From the human T2T-CHM13v2.0 reference genome, Homo sapiens, in NCBI RefSeq assembly GCF_009914755.1, contig NC_060936.1: a stretch of 64,000 nucleotides of DNA; one strand, written 5' to 3'. The position numbers and the translations under genes are program-made. The stretch's first letter is position 1. The number at the start of each line of letters is the position of its first letter. The notes beneath the pieces are model-generated. The model did not search any database, was not told the DNA's origin, and saw only the letters and a program-made list of their open reading frames with translations. This document shows positions 43,770 through 57,569 of this stretch, piece after piece.

Positions 43770-45400
43770 CCAGTGTGTGTGCGGCACTGGCTGCTGGCCT
43801 GCTGCAGAAGGCCACACCAGCTTATTTGGTGCCTCTCACCCCTGGCCTTCCTTCTCCATGGCATTCTGACAATTAGTGGTTCACTTAAGAACTGCTATAA
43901 ATTAATGGTTAATCGAGCCCATATAATTAGTTTATTCACAACAAAGTGCAAGACCCATGATTGTCCAGTGGTTCTCCCCCAACCCCAATCTCTCGTTTTA
44001 AAACTTACAACAATCCATATCCCCACTTTGGCAGACAGGAGAACGCCCCTTATCTGTAGTGCAGCCACACCGCCTGACCGCTTGGGTTGTGGATGGCACA
44101 CGTTTTGTACACGTGCTGCCTCCACCAGCATCAGGCACCGCCGAGTTTGTGTGGAAGGGCAGCAACTCCACCTAACAAATGTAACTTTAACAACAGTAAA
44201 ACAACCTAATAGCTTAGCATGCCAGGGGGCTAATGTGGCGGGCCATTTACTGCTGCACTAAATAGCCCCGGTTTGATTCTCATTGCCAAGTGTCGAACTG
44301 AGAATTGCAAGGCAGGAGTAGCTCCTAATTCATTAGATAAAGGGGGTCATTGCTCATAGGGCTGGGGAAACTGTAGAAGCATAAGAAAAAAAAAATAAAC
44401 AAGGCATTCCCTTTTCAAAGGCCATCAAAACCCAGGCTAACCATGGTCAGGAAAAGCAGAGGCTGCTTTCTTGGCACTCATATGCTAACTTCTAACTTTG
44501 GGTAAATGTGCTTTGTTTTGCAATGTTCATCTGGAAAGAGACTAGAAGAGGAAGGGATCCTAATATTGAGCCATGTCATTTATTATTTGTAAATCACTTT
44601 GACACCCTTGGAACAAAAGCAGCAACACAAGAACAAAGTATATAATTCAGCCTTGGCTGTAAAATGAGCCACTGACATGTCCCTGCCAGCTATTACGCCT
44701 TGTGTGCCCTGAAAAAGTTGCTATGGATGGTTGTGACCCGGCTAATAGGCTGGGCAGGAAAAAGACCGCTAGCAATAAAAGGGGGAACAAAATTCTTGTT
44801 AATATTGCCACATCTGATAATATTGTCTTTCTTTTTCCTTTTTATTTTTATTCCAGGCAGTTATAAAGAGTTCTAAGTTCAAACTGCCCTCACTGGTCAT
44901 CATAAGGTTATGTGGACAAAACAGTTCCCCTATCTTGTTTTTTAATAGAAAAGAGAAATCATCAAAAATTTCAAATGAGATCCCTAAAATGGGACATCTT
45001 TCTTTCCTGAACGTTAGCCCTAAAACAACTGATTTCTCTCATTCCTGCCATCACTCAGATTGGCCTTGAATTACCTCCCAATAGGCCTCCCATGTGCTTC
45101 TAGATGAGAGTGTGTAATGGGGGATCTGTTAATTAACTAGAAGCAAAGTTGCACGGTAGGGATCAAACACTGGAGACGTCCTAAAACTCCCACAGAGAAG
45201 ATGAAATGCAGCGCAAACTTTAAAGACTTCCCGTCATTAGCTGAGACCTTGCTGCTCCTGGCCCAGACCCCTCCTGTTTCTGAGAACAATGAGGACAATG
45301 ATGGCAGAAATGAAATAGTGCAGCCAGGAACAAAGGAACTAGCTATTTACCGGTAGAAAAAGAAAAAAAGCTGGGGGAGGGGTAGAAAAACGGATAACTT
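43770..45400. promoter_or_regulatory. Candidate developmental enhancer cluster
   Basis: No repeat recognised; 10 CpG in 44041-44300; many TAAT/ATTA cores, CACGTG, paired ACAATG. Confidence 0.45.
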
Positions 45401-47719
45401 TCTTTTTCCGTGGTTCCTGTCTACTTTTAATTAATTTATGACTGCCAGGGAATTGCAGAGAGCACACCCAAGCACATTGTACCCCAGCTTAGTGTTAATA
45501 TATGTAACATCTTCTGTTTACTCCCAGGAAAAGTGCAACCCACTGGAGAAAGAGAGGGACTCCGAGGAAGGAGAGAGAGAAGAGGTTGGAATGAAAGAAA
45601 ATGGACAATCTGTCAGGCTGAACTTTTACACTTAAGATCAGGGTTCAAACTAGAAGATGATAAAAACAAAGGAAAACAAAGCCGACACCGTCCCAGGAGT
45701 AACATACCCTCTTAGATCACTGTAAAATGCAAGAATCATACCCTGACACAAAGCTCAAATTTTGCAATTTTCAGAGGTTTCCTGGTAACTTTCATATAAA
45801 TGTACATAAATATCATGTCAAAGCAAAAGCACACAGTCATGATATTGACTTCTTATTCTTCCCTGCTTCTTGACAAGATAAATCTAAAAAGTGGCACTGA
45901 AAATTGAGAGAACAGCTGAATAACAAAACCTGACTAGTAAAGTACTTGGTCCTCATTTTGCATTCCCCGTTTTTGAAGAATTCAAATCAGGAAATTTCCG
46001 TTATCTAAATCACAGGTTTCAATAGGATTAAGAGAAGAAATAAGAGAAGCAACAAGGTGCACAGAAAGCCAGCTCTGACCTTTGTTATTTCATATTGAAG
46101 CTCTTACTTTGAGATGGACCAGTAGATGAAGAGAGCCATTATTCAGAGGAGCTGCTCTTGCTCTTCAAATTTCAGTTAATATGACCACATTAGAATTATT
46201 TTATTTTTAAACTTCAGTAACAAGGCTCTCTTTCCTGTTTTCAACACACATGTTTAGAATAATCAGTGGAAACTCTGCAAATGGATGAAACAAGCAAATC
46301 CCCCAGGACTGTTTTGTGACTGATTTTCTTACTTCTCACCTATCTAATATGAACGGTTTAGATTTTGCTAAGCTCAATCATAAACTCAACTCTAGGGGGA
46401 AGAAAGTCTCAAGCATATGGTTCAACCAACTGAAAATGCTATACAATCAAAAGGAAGTATAGGCTAGAGGTTTACCATTGGCTGCTTGTACATTCTAACC
46501 AGTATTAAAGATTAACTCCACAACAAAGTGAAAGATACACTGTCGGTTACTCAGAAACTTATCTAATGTCTCTACACATATACTCACAAAGAGTAAGGGA
46601 TTCCTCACCACGTTTTGTGATTGATACGACTATGCCGGTTACCACTGTTGATATGGTAGAATGGCATAAAAGAGTAGGCATGAAAGGGCCCACAGTTATA
46701 TTCCTTCCACCTAAAAACTAACTGTGTGTCTTCGAAAGCATTATGTACTCTACTTGGTCTAAGTTTCCTTGAGGATGATAATTCTTCTGATCACTTCATA
46801 GGGCTGTTTTGAGTGTTGAATGATATATATCAAAGTATTTTTTAAAAATCCATTTACTTTCAGTTTGACTGTCCTGAACTGTTCCTAGAACAGTGCTGGA
46901 TCCAAAACAAAAGGTATTCAGAAACTAGGAATCTACTTTAGGGTTACCAATTTCTTTGTGATTTTATAATTATCTTCAAACGTTCTGAACAAATTTGTAA
47001 CTCAATCTAGGAACAATCACTTTCTAAAATCCACTTCAGATGATTCCATCTTGCCTTTCATTCACCTGTGTTTTTTCTTTTTTTTCCCTGTCCACCTACC
47101 ATGGTATCTTGTGAGCAGGCTTACAATATTTTCTCCAAAGACAGTAATGGCTTACCTATTTTTGACTTCATTCATCAATTTTCATCTTCCTGTTTATGTA
47201 ACATTCTATTCACACAATATTCTCTAAAATTCTTAATATACTTTGCTAACCTTTCAGAGCTTCTGAAATATGGGGATAACTCCAGAAATTTCCTTACATT
47301 TAACAAGAGTTCTATAGGTAGCAGCAAAATCAAAATAACAAAGAACAATGACAGAGCCACACTTATGGCTGTAAAGATGTAAGAACAATTTCTTGACACA
47401 AAGAGAAGCATACTAATACTTAATACTTTCAGGATTCAATTAACCAACAATAAGAAAGTAAATCTATTCCTGAGACAAGGAAGAATCCTTCAAGGGAATA
47501 ATCCTGATCATTAAGATCAAAGTTGCTAGAGACATGCCCCAGGACAGGAAGGCAGGCCAAATATTGCTGATTTCTGGCTCTAAGAATGACTTGATATGAG
47601 TCAAACCTCCTGATTTAATGAATAATTCTATTGGTTAGATATCTTGGCAAGGGAAAAATGTATGTAACCTGGCTTTCATGGCCACTGCAATAGCTTTGAG
47701 AAGTACCTGCATACCACTC

Positions 47720-47996
47720 ACTGTGTTGGTATTCTGTCCGGCCTATGTAGTGTTCACATTTTTAAAAAAGTATTTTCCACTATTGAGAAATTGAGACATT
47801 CCATATAATATCCATATTTCCGACACTTAAAAAAAAACTTGGATGATCTGTCAATGCTATGCCCACCCTTCCACATGGCAGCAATCTACTGGTATTAAAT
47901 GGAAGCCACCATGTGATAAAAACACATAGCCCTTGGGTTCATCCCAGTCCTCACCAGTCTGTCTGGCTCCTGTATAAGTTGAGTTGTTGACACCTG
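47720..47996. mobile_element. MER102-like hAT-Charlie element
   Basis: gagacattccatataatatccatattt; gcccacccttccacatggcagcaatc; ends gagttgttgacacctg. Confidence 0.55.
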
Positions 47997-49307
47997 AAGT
48001 TTTTGAGTAGGCTTTAGGGGATTGAAGTAGTAAAATATTCAGAAACTGTTCTCAGAGCATAGATTTCACAGCTGTTCCCTCTTATGCCTAACTTCATGAT
48101 GAAAGACAAAAATGTGAAAACCGATAGAAAATACAAGATAATAGTCACACAAACGAAATGAGAAAATGGATAATGTTTAAATAAATGCAAGAAAAATAGG
48201 ATAAGGGTTAAAAACTTTAGAGAACATCCTAACCAATATAATAATATGAATAACAATGAAAATTTAAAAAGCACACCAAGAAAAGCTAATCAATACAAAT
48301 TATAAAATTGTAGATGATTATGAAGACGAAACAAATATAAAGAAAAATTTACAAGCAAAAAGTATGCCACAGAAACACAGAAACCATAGCTTAATACAAT
48401 GAACTAAAATTATGTTAAGGAAACAGAGGCACAATTACAGAATTGAGGATCAAAGAATATTGTGAAAATGTGGAAAAGGGAAAAAGTTAAATTTAAGTGG
48501 CAAGTCAGACTTCAAAGTTGCACATACCTTTGTGTAAGCGAACTTTAAGTTAGCTTTGGACAATCTACCCACACAGTTGTCTTTCCAAATGAGGGTTTTC
48601 TAGAAGGCAACACTTAGTTGGTAAGGTTTGCGAGTTCTCTGAATTTGGGACATTCAAAATAAGACTGCAGTGAATGAAATTGTCAACGTTGCTATTTGTC
48701 CCTATTGGGATATGATGCAGCCAGCACAAGGAAGACCTATGTGCATATTTGGCATTAAGTAACCAGACAGGTTTTTTAATAGATCCCAGGAGAGAACAAG
48801 CTGGATAATAGAATCATGTGTCTTCAACATGCTCGAGGATGAACAGATCAAAGATCAGAACTTGTACCATGACTTTTATCTAGGAAAATGTACTCAAAAT
48901 AATAAACGAAAGGCACAACTTGCTTTCCAAACTATCAAGAACAATCTTTAGGGAAACTTTGTTTCATGCTCTTGGTTCATATCCAATTTGGGCTGTCCAA
49001 ATCTACACACGGAATCCGAGGCCAACTTCCTCATACTTCCTATTGTGCTAGGGCAGTTTCTGCCTACTGTTCTATAATGTGCGCTTGGGAAAAGAAAGAT
49101 AATTTTAGTATCAGTTGAAAGGGTCATGCCAGAGGACCTATAATATTTCACAGCATAATTGAGAAGGCAAATATTTTGCAAAATCATATTCGATCATTTA
49201 TTTTTTCAGTGTCACAAGAATCTAAAGGATTCTGTGTGCCAGAATTTCTGAAATTACTGACATTTACCATATAAACAATACAATTTTTAAAAAATTTCAA
49301 TCAGTAG

Positions 49308-49665
<358 letters not shown>

Positions 49666-49745
49666 TGATGGCTTATAGTTATGCTAAGAAATATCACAAT
49701 TATATTTTGAAGGATTCTTAATGTTTATAGAGTTGTTAAATGCTA

Positions 49746-49978
49746 CAGTGATGGTTCTCATTAGGGGTCGATTTTGCCCCTGCCCAGGGGACCTTTAGCA
49801 AAGTCTGGAGACAATTTTGCTTGTCCCAAGTGAGGTGGGAGTGAGAGGGGGTGCTCATAGCATCTAGTGGGCACAAGCCAAGATTGCTGCTAAACATCCT
49901 AAAACACACAGGTCAACTTCTTCCCCATAAGAATTATCTAACCCAAATGTCAACAGAGCTGAGGATGACAGAACCCTG
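49746..49978 (+). mobile_element. MER20 hAT-Charlie MITE
   Basis: cagtgatggttctca...gattttgcccc...tctggagacaatttt...gcatctagtggg...ctgctaaacatcct...aaccctg. Confidence 0.85.
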
Positions 49979-50241
49979 CACTACAATAAACTGGATCAGT
50001 CTATTACGCCTGCAGTATTTGCAAGAGATTTTTGTTTTGTTTGTTTTGCTTTTTAAAATCTCCTCTGTACTGTCTCACACTAAAAAGACTTCGGGATGGC
50101 CCTTCATCTTTCCGATTTGCTACGTTATTCTGCTGTGGCTCGGAAAACATTTGTTTCAAGCTTCAGGCATTCATATAGCCTATGAAAGATGACATTAGAG
50201 CTATCTTATGAGTAAAGCTTAGCAGCTCAGAGGCATAGAGT

Positions 50242-50363
50242 AATAAAATAATTTAATATTTTCTAAGCTTACTTTGGTTCATATCTATTCAATTAGCAGA
50301 GGTAAATAAAATAATATTTTCTAAGCTTATTTTTGGTTCATATCTATTCCAATTACTAGAGGT
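50242..50363. repeat. Tandem duplication of about 60 bp (2 copies)
   Basis: aatattttctaagctta.tttggttcatatctatt.caatta..agaggt occurs twice head to tail. Confidence 0.9.
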
Positions 50364-50876
50364 CACTGGACTTCAAATATGTGAAGAAAAGTTTCTGGTT
50401 TATTCAAAACTAAAGAACCAACTAACAAATGAAAACTCATAAAACAAAATAATAGAAACCCTACATTAATTTGTACTCTACTAATATGACTAATAACATC
50501 TTGAAAAAGGTTGAGCTAAAATGTGCCTTCTACTATGAGTAATTATCATAGCCAAATTCATATCATAAATAAGACCCAGAGGAAGGGCAAAACGTTTATC
50601 CTCTTAAGAAAGTATGCTTTATTATATGAACTTAAGTTTTTATGAATTTCATTATAACTAGTGATTTCATATGTTAATGATACTTAAGTCTCATCTATCT
50701 CTAATTTTCCATAGTCAACTTTATCTAGTTTATGCTTTTGAGACTAATACAATTAAAATTTTTTTAAATAAAGCTACTTATATCCAAGACTTTCCTTTTA
50801 ATTAGTCAGAAGTCGGGAATTTGTAACTAATAGACAACTTTGCATGATCCATTCTGGCAGTAATAAAGAAGTAACA

Positions 50877-51200
50877 GGCTGGGTGTGGTGGCTCACGCCT
50901 GTAATCCCAGCACTTTGGGAGGCCAAGGTGGGCAGATCACAAGGTCAGGAAATCAAGACAATCCTGGTTAACATGGTAAAACCCCACCTCTACTAAAAAA
51001 ACACAAAAAAATTAGCCGGGCGTGGTGGCGGGCACCTGTAGTCCCAGCTACTTGGGAGGCTGAGGCAGGAGAATGGCGTGAACCCCGGAAGTGGGTTCAC
51101 TGCTTGCAGTGAGCCTAGATCACACCACTGCACTCCAGCCTGGGCAACACAGTGAGACTCAGTCTCAAAAATAAATAAATAGATAAATAAAATAAAATAA
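50877..51200 (+). mobile_element. AluY (CpG-decayed)
   Basis: gatcacaaggtcagg, gaatggcgtgaacc, gcttgcagtgag; TSD AATAAAGAAGTAACA at 50862-50876 and 51201-51215. Confidence 0.9.
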
Positions 51201-53327
51201 AATAAAGAAGTAACAGTGACGAATCAGGTGAAAGAACTTGTGTCATTCTTCTCATATCTGTTAGTCTATGTACCTAGTGCTGAGAGGTGTTGCTTGATGT
51301 TCTAATCCACTACATTCATCAATCAGACTACACATTAAATTCATTAACTTAATGATATAGAGTTACCACCTGTAAATTTGAGAAACTGTGAAGATGAAAT
51401 TTAGAATTTCCATAGGAAAAAGTTTTCAATTCCAGATTGTTGCAAGCTAGCATGGAAGAAATTGGCCAGGAAGCACAAACAGCTAATTTCTGATTCACTG
51501 CAATTGCCACCACAAAGGCCAGTCTTGGGCTGACTGATGTACACAGGACTATTTGGTTACAGTTTCCTTATCTTCTAATTAAAGACTCTGAAATGCAGTT
51601 GTGGAAACCAGGGAAAGATTATAAGCAAGAAGCAGAGTTGAATTCAAATTTGCAAAGCACTTGGTTGGCAATAAGACACCAATTCTTTGTTGAAGTGAAT
51701 TCAGTTCTTGTTTCCAGTTCTTCAGCCTTTAACCACAGGGATTCTAGCCTGTATTTCTGTAATGATTCACAGTAGAGGAGCTTGAAGGCATGAGTGCAGG
51801 TGAAAGTAATAAACACGTGGGGGCACTGAGTGAAAGGTCAATCCCAGCCCCTCAAAAATAGGTCAGTATCCACAACTCAAAAAAAAAAAAATGTAGATCT
51901 GGATTACTCAGTGAATCCTCTAGAAGCCTAAAACAGGGCATCAGTTGGGAAAAGATCAAGAAACTTTGCCACGGTCTTTTGATCTTTAAAGGTGTACATG
52001 TCTACTAGAAAATGAGAAGCTGCCAAGAAATTGATAATTTTTGATGTAACGACTCCAGAATACAACTCCCAGCAGCTTACGTATGCTCTGAATTTACCAT
52101 GTTAGTGGGTATGAATAAATGTTATTGGGCATAAATACATTTCAGACCCCTACTGGAAGTCAGGGAAGCTAAACCATTTGATTGGTATCTTAAGAAGGAT
52201 CCCTTAATACTTCCTGAGACCGAGTTTCCCAGAGATGCCCTGAGTCCTGCTCTTCTAAGGTTTGGGGCACTAGGATACTCCAATATCCTACAACTTTTTG
52301 AAAAACACCTGGCTAGTTCACTGTCATATGGAACCAAATGAACCTTAGTTGATTAATTGAACTTTAATTGGTCAATATGAAAGTCGTTAATAATGTAAGC
52401 TTTATTCATGTATGTAGATTATTGGATACTAATAATAAACATTCTAAAAACCAGAAGTTAAAGTCTAATTTTTAATTTTCTTCAAAAGTTTAATTTGTAA
52501 TTTCCTTCAATCTAACCTAAAATGTGAATAAACTCCAAGCCTGGAAGTCGTAAGACTTTTTTTTTTTTTCATAAGCAACCTGATAAGGAAAAAGGTAACA
52601 ATTATGAAATATTTGAACTAGTCAAGTTGTATTTTTCTAAACATACATAAAGAACTTATTTTGTTTGCTATTGATAATATACTATTTTATTTAATTACTT
52701 ATTTCATGTGTATTATCTTGTTTACATATATAGCCTATGGAAGTAATTATGGATTAACTTTGCCTGATATTTCCAATGAATTCTCCATAGCATCAAGCAC
52801 AAATGATGATCTCCTAGGACAGTGGCAGCTTCTGAGAATGCACAGGAAAGTGACCAGGGAAAGAATGATTCCATCTCCAGGAATCCCTGGTGATCTTCAG
52901 AGCCCAGACAGGACCCTGCTGGGCCATGGTAACTGAGAAACTGAGAAGCAGATACAGTGGTCCCTATGTTGGCAACCTCAGCTGAAGAGGAACAACTCTC
53001 TCTATAATCAAGGTACCAAGAATAAAGAGCAAGTGCAAATTATTTATTTTCTTACTTTTAGACTCCTTCTAGGATAACAAAGAAAGAATTTTGTATAATA
53101 AAGGGCCATGACACAACTACATAAATTTCCAAGAAAACATAAAGTTGCTGAAAGAAAGGATTACAGATGAAGACCCCTTAAGAGTAAAATAGAACATCTT
53201 TTCTCTCCATGGTGGATAGCAGAGAGGCAGAGAGAAAGAGAGGGAAGGAAGTAAAAAGGAAGAGGAGGCAGAACTAAGACTCATCTATAGGGAGCCATGC
53301 TCTGCACTAGGCACTTCACAAGAGTAG

Positions 53328-53625
53328 TTTTTTGAGTTTTTTGTTGTTGTTTGTTTATTGCCCAGGCTGAAATACAGGGGCATGACCTCAGGTCACTGTA
53401 GCCTCAACCCCCCAGGCTCAGGTGATCCTCCCACCTCAACCTCCAGAGTAGGTGGGACTAAAAGCACATGCCGCCAATGTCCAGCTTATTTTTTGTTGTA
53501 TTCTTTTTAGAGATGGGGTTTTGCCATGTTGCCCAGGTTGGTCTTAAACTCCTGAGCTCAAGTCATCAGTCTTCCTCAGCTTCCCAAAGTGCTGGGATTA
53601 CAGGAGTGAGCCACAGTGCCCGGCC
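53328..53625 (-). mobile_element. AluJ
   Basis: cactgtagcctcaacc, ggctcaggtgatcctcccacctc, ctcctgagctcaag; TSD agagtagt. Confidence 0.9.
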
Positions 53626-56600
53626 ACAGAGTAGTCTTACTGCCGTTAGTTGACTTCTTATGCTGCTTGAACCCCACTGCCTGGGCTCTCAATTTCTACC
53701 TTCTTTTCTGACCTCTTAGATCCTACATAGCTTACATAATCCAAATAATGCACCTTGCTTTCAACACAATAGCAACCTAATTCCCATTTTGCACATGGCA
53801 TGTTAAAGTGTACTCCAAAGCAGGACTTCTGCCCATCTCTCACATTCAATGTCACAATAGAAAGGCTTAATCACATATAAACTGCCTCTCCCAACGTTGT
53901 TTTATTTCCCAATTGTTCATTACCGGGTAGGCCACAAGAGCTAACAAAGGTTTGACAAATGAATAGATCTGCCTTTTATTTATAAGCATCTGTTGATATA
54001 TTAACTACAATAGAAATACCACATTTTGGTCAGGGTGAGACAAAAAGGTAACAACCTTCAGAATCCCAACATATCATCATTCAATATTGCATTACAATTG
54101 CTGTTCAGAAGAGGTTCTGAGTGGAATAAATATGAGAAGTGGATTACTGCACTCTACTCAGAGGAAGCATTCTTACCAAATAATAATTGCAGTAATTGAT
54201 ATAACTATTTACAAACGCTTAGAGTATAGATGCTTGGGCAGTAGCTCCCTGAATCAAAAAAAGAAGATATAGTCTTCAAACTCACTAAATTTCCTTAGAG
54301 ATGACAAGGAATAAAGTAGAACTGCATGCCACAAACATATCAAATTTTATCTTTGGCAAAAGATTTAAGGTTTTACATTATTGTCTGAAACTGCATATTC
54401 CGATATTTTTTTCCCCCAGACTTAATCTTGGCCTGGTGTGCCTCATTTTTATAGGACTTCTGAAACCAGAAATCACCAGCGTGGGGAGAGAACATTAAAG
54501 GCAGAGGTGTCTCTTATAAGCACAACGTGTGACCAGGTAATACTGTCTGGATTAGCAGCTGTACAGCCTAACTAAGCCCTGGAGCTACAATTATCTGGTC
54601 GCATTAAACTGAAATCACCTGAAAAACTTCACACTGAACAAGCCTTTGGAAATGTCTAATCTGCCAGTTTACACCCAGAAGTGAAAGTGGAATTCACTTG
54701 TTAAAGACAAGAAAACAAAAGTTTTCTGCCAGGAAGAGTCTCATCTTAGAACCAGTATAGGGTCTGAAGACATTTCTGCAATTTATGTTTATGCCATTCT
54801 TTCACTTTTATTTAAAAAGGAGATTTAACCTGACCATTCTCTTTGAAGCCGATGTCCCAAGTATATATGTTTGATGAGGGTACAGAAGACATAAGGAATA
54901 AAACTGCATTGCCACAGAGGGAATACACGGCTCCAGATACAAGGCTTTATGCTAATTTTAGCAAAATGTATGTATCTTTTTACATACATAAAGTTATGGC
55001 ACTATATAAAGAGATCCTTAAATGTGACATACACTGAAGTCCTATTTACTGCCTGAGTATTCCTTTTAAAAAATAAAAACTACAAGTAGTGGTTGTATTA
55101 ATATTAAACTATCTCCAAAATTCACTTTAGTTCTTTAACTTGTAAGATATAGCCAAATCATATGCTCAAAATTAAAACCCTGATTTTAGTACCAGATTAC
55201 AGTTATTTAATGGTAGATCAAAAGCAGCTAATCTTTGGCTCCAAATTAGGACCTCTCTACTCTGTCTGTTGTAACGCCTCACTTGCCTCTGTTTCCTGTT
55301 CTTCATTTGTCAATACTGATGCTGAAAATTCATTGTGTCAGGTTGCAATATATTCTGTAAAACCACATTTCCCAAAACAACAACTACTTTTCCGTACAAA
55401 GATGCAATTTATGGCAATTTGGCTATGCTGTATCTTGAAGTCGAATATCAAGATTTCCAGAAAACAAAATTAAATTCTTAAACATGTACAAGTATTAAAA
55501 TTCTTTATCTTACACATCATTGTCTTATTGGACAAATTCCTATTTGGGCAAGAATTGAGGTACCCTTTTCCCTCCTCAAATCAGTAAGAAAGAAATAAAA
55601 ACACTTCATTTTCTATCCCAAACTAATTTTTAATACTATCACAAGACTGGCAAGATTGACAGCTGAAATTTACTCCAGGACACTTCCCTTGGTGGCAACT
55701 AGAGGAAATTCACTGCAAAGTTACATGATCCTATCAAGTGGCTGTTACTATCAAACAATATCTACGGTGAACCTATTGTTTTCCATACAGCCATTCTATT
55801 TTTCCATACCAATTAATATGCAGTGTAACATTTCAACTTGAGACACTTATTAGTGTACAGATTTTTCTTAATGACATCATTTTAAAATAATGTGTAACTC
55901 AAATATTCACAGAGAACAGGTTCCTAAATCTTTTCATGATGACAAGAGTTTCATTTAAGTGTGATGGTTTATATGTGGTGCCATGAAATAGAAAGATTGG
56001 TTTGATGTACTATGAATTCCCTCTCTCAGTTTTTATAACTCTAGAAGAGTAGAGAAGGCCTAAGCTTGTGTGGACATTCTTCTCAAGAATTTAAGGTTCA
56101 TAGTCAAAATTTCCACAATTTATAAGTCAGTCATATTGTCTTGCAATTAAAAAGAAAGTGTGATACCAGGATATATCAATACATCCAAAACCACAAGATT
56201 TTTTCTTACTAGTTAAGATGAATCTAGATTTGGGCACAACTTAAAATAGTTTTGATATAGATAATGAGATTTTAAATACATGAGTGGCTCTGCCTGATTT
56301 CATTACAAAAGCCTCTTTGTTTCTATTCTGTGATCTTTCAGTGAGAATTTAGAACAGAATACTTTCTCTAAATAAGAACAAAATTTGAGACAATTTAAAA
56401 CAGTCTTTCACTCTTCCTGGCCAGGAGTATGTCAAGAGGGTTCCTTAAATCAGAACTAAGGTTCACACCCAGAGAATATATCAAATGAATTTCCATGAAA
56501 AACAAAAACCATCCTCTGTTTTTACTATTGCTGTACAAGGTATGCTCTGCAAATCAAAACTCCATTCCTAGTTTGCAGCGTTCAGGTGACTAAAGCTACC

Positions 56601-57569
56601 TCTGGAGAAGACACTGAAAAATGTACTTCACTTTCCCCCTCAACAGAACATTCAAGCTCATTAGGCTGCTATTCAAAAATGGTATAGTTAAGATCCCCAG
56701 CATGCAGCTCTGGCAAACAAGCAAAGTTGCCATTTGTAGAATATCGATATTCTGGATTTCCCTTCCATTTATGTTTCTAAAATACAATAAGTATTGGTTG
56801 GTTCATGAAAATTAATCAGCCACTTAAATTTGTGACTGTAATTAAAGCTACTGGGAAAAAAATAAGTTTTCTTACTGTCTACAGTTTTAATTTTTAAGTG
56901 AATTTAGGCACTTAGAAACTAAAAAAATAAAAATAAAAATACCAGAAGCATCTGTTTTAATCATTTTTCACTATCCAGCTCTATGAAATGAAATAATTCC
57001 TGTTGTTAAGACTGCAACTTTTTCTTTGGGCTATTCAGCTGGCCATCGAAAGTTATTTTTTGTCTGTTTTGTAAAGTTATGTGAAGAACCTCAAAGATTT
57101 GCACAGAATAATAAACATCATAAAGATGGGAGGAGTATTAATAACATTTGAAAACCTTAAACTGAACTAATTGAGTTGCAGCTATACACTGGTTAGAAGC
57201 TATTTTTTGATATAGAAGTGGAGAAAAATGTTTAACTTGGTTATGGCTATAAATACTGCACCTCTTCTGAATTAAATCAATTTTCCTGATGAAACTAATT
57301 TCTTGCCTGAAAGGTATTAAAATAATTTCATTATAAAGAAAGTTTTGCTACAGTTCTGTTCATTTCCCCACTAAAGCAAATGTTTCAATGTATGTGTCAT
57401 GACATGTAAACCACTTTTACAAAAAATGAGGACATTCTGAAAACACTGGAAGATAAGAAATAGACTAATATAAAAGATTCATTTTCAACTTTCTAAATCA
57501 ACCTGATCTTTATTCCCACTGAGTTTATTTTCTCTTCTTAAACTATCCTATCCTATTCCAAACACGTAT

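Noticed and set aside
44216-44235. CTCF-like GCCAGGGGGC
   Set aside because: Lacks the 5' CC and 3' RC of the core motif
43773-44261. Longest ORF in the track (162 aa)
   Set aside because: GTG start, no recognisable domain and no splice context; explained by locally higher GC
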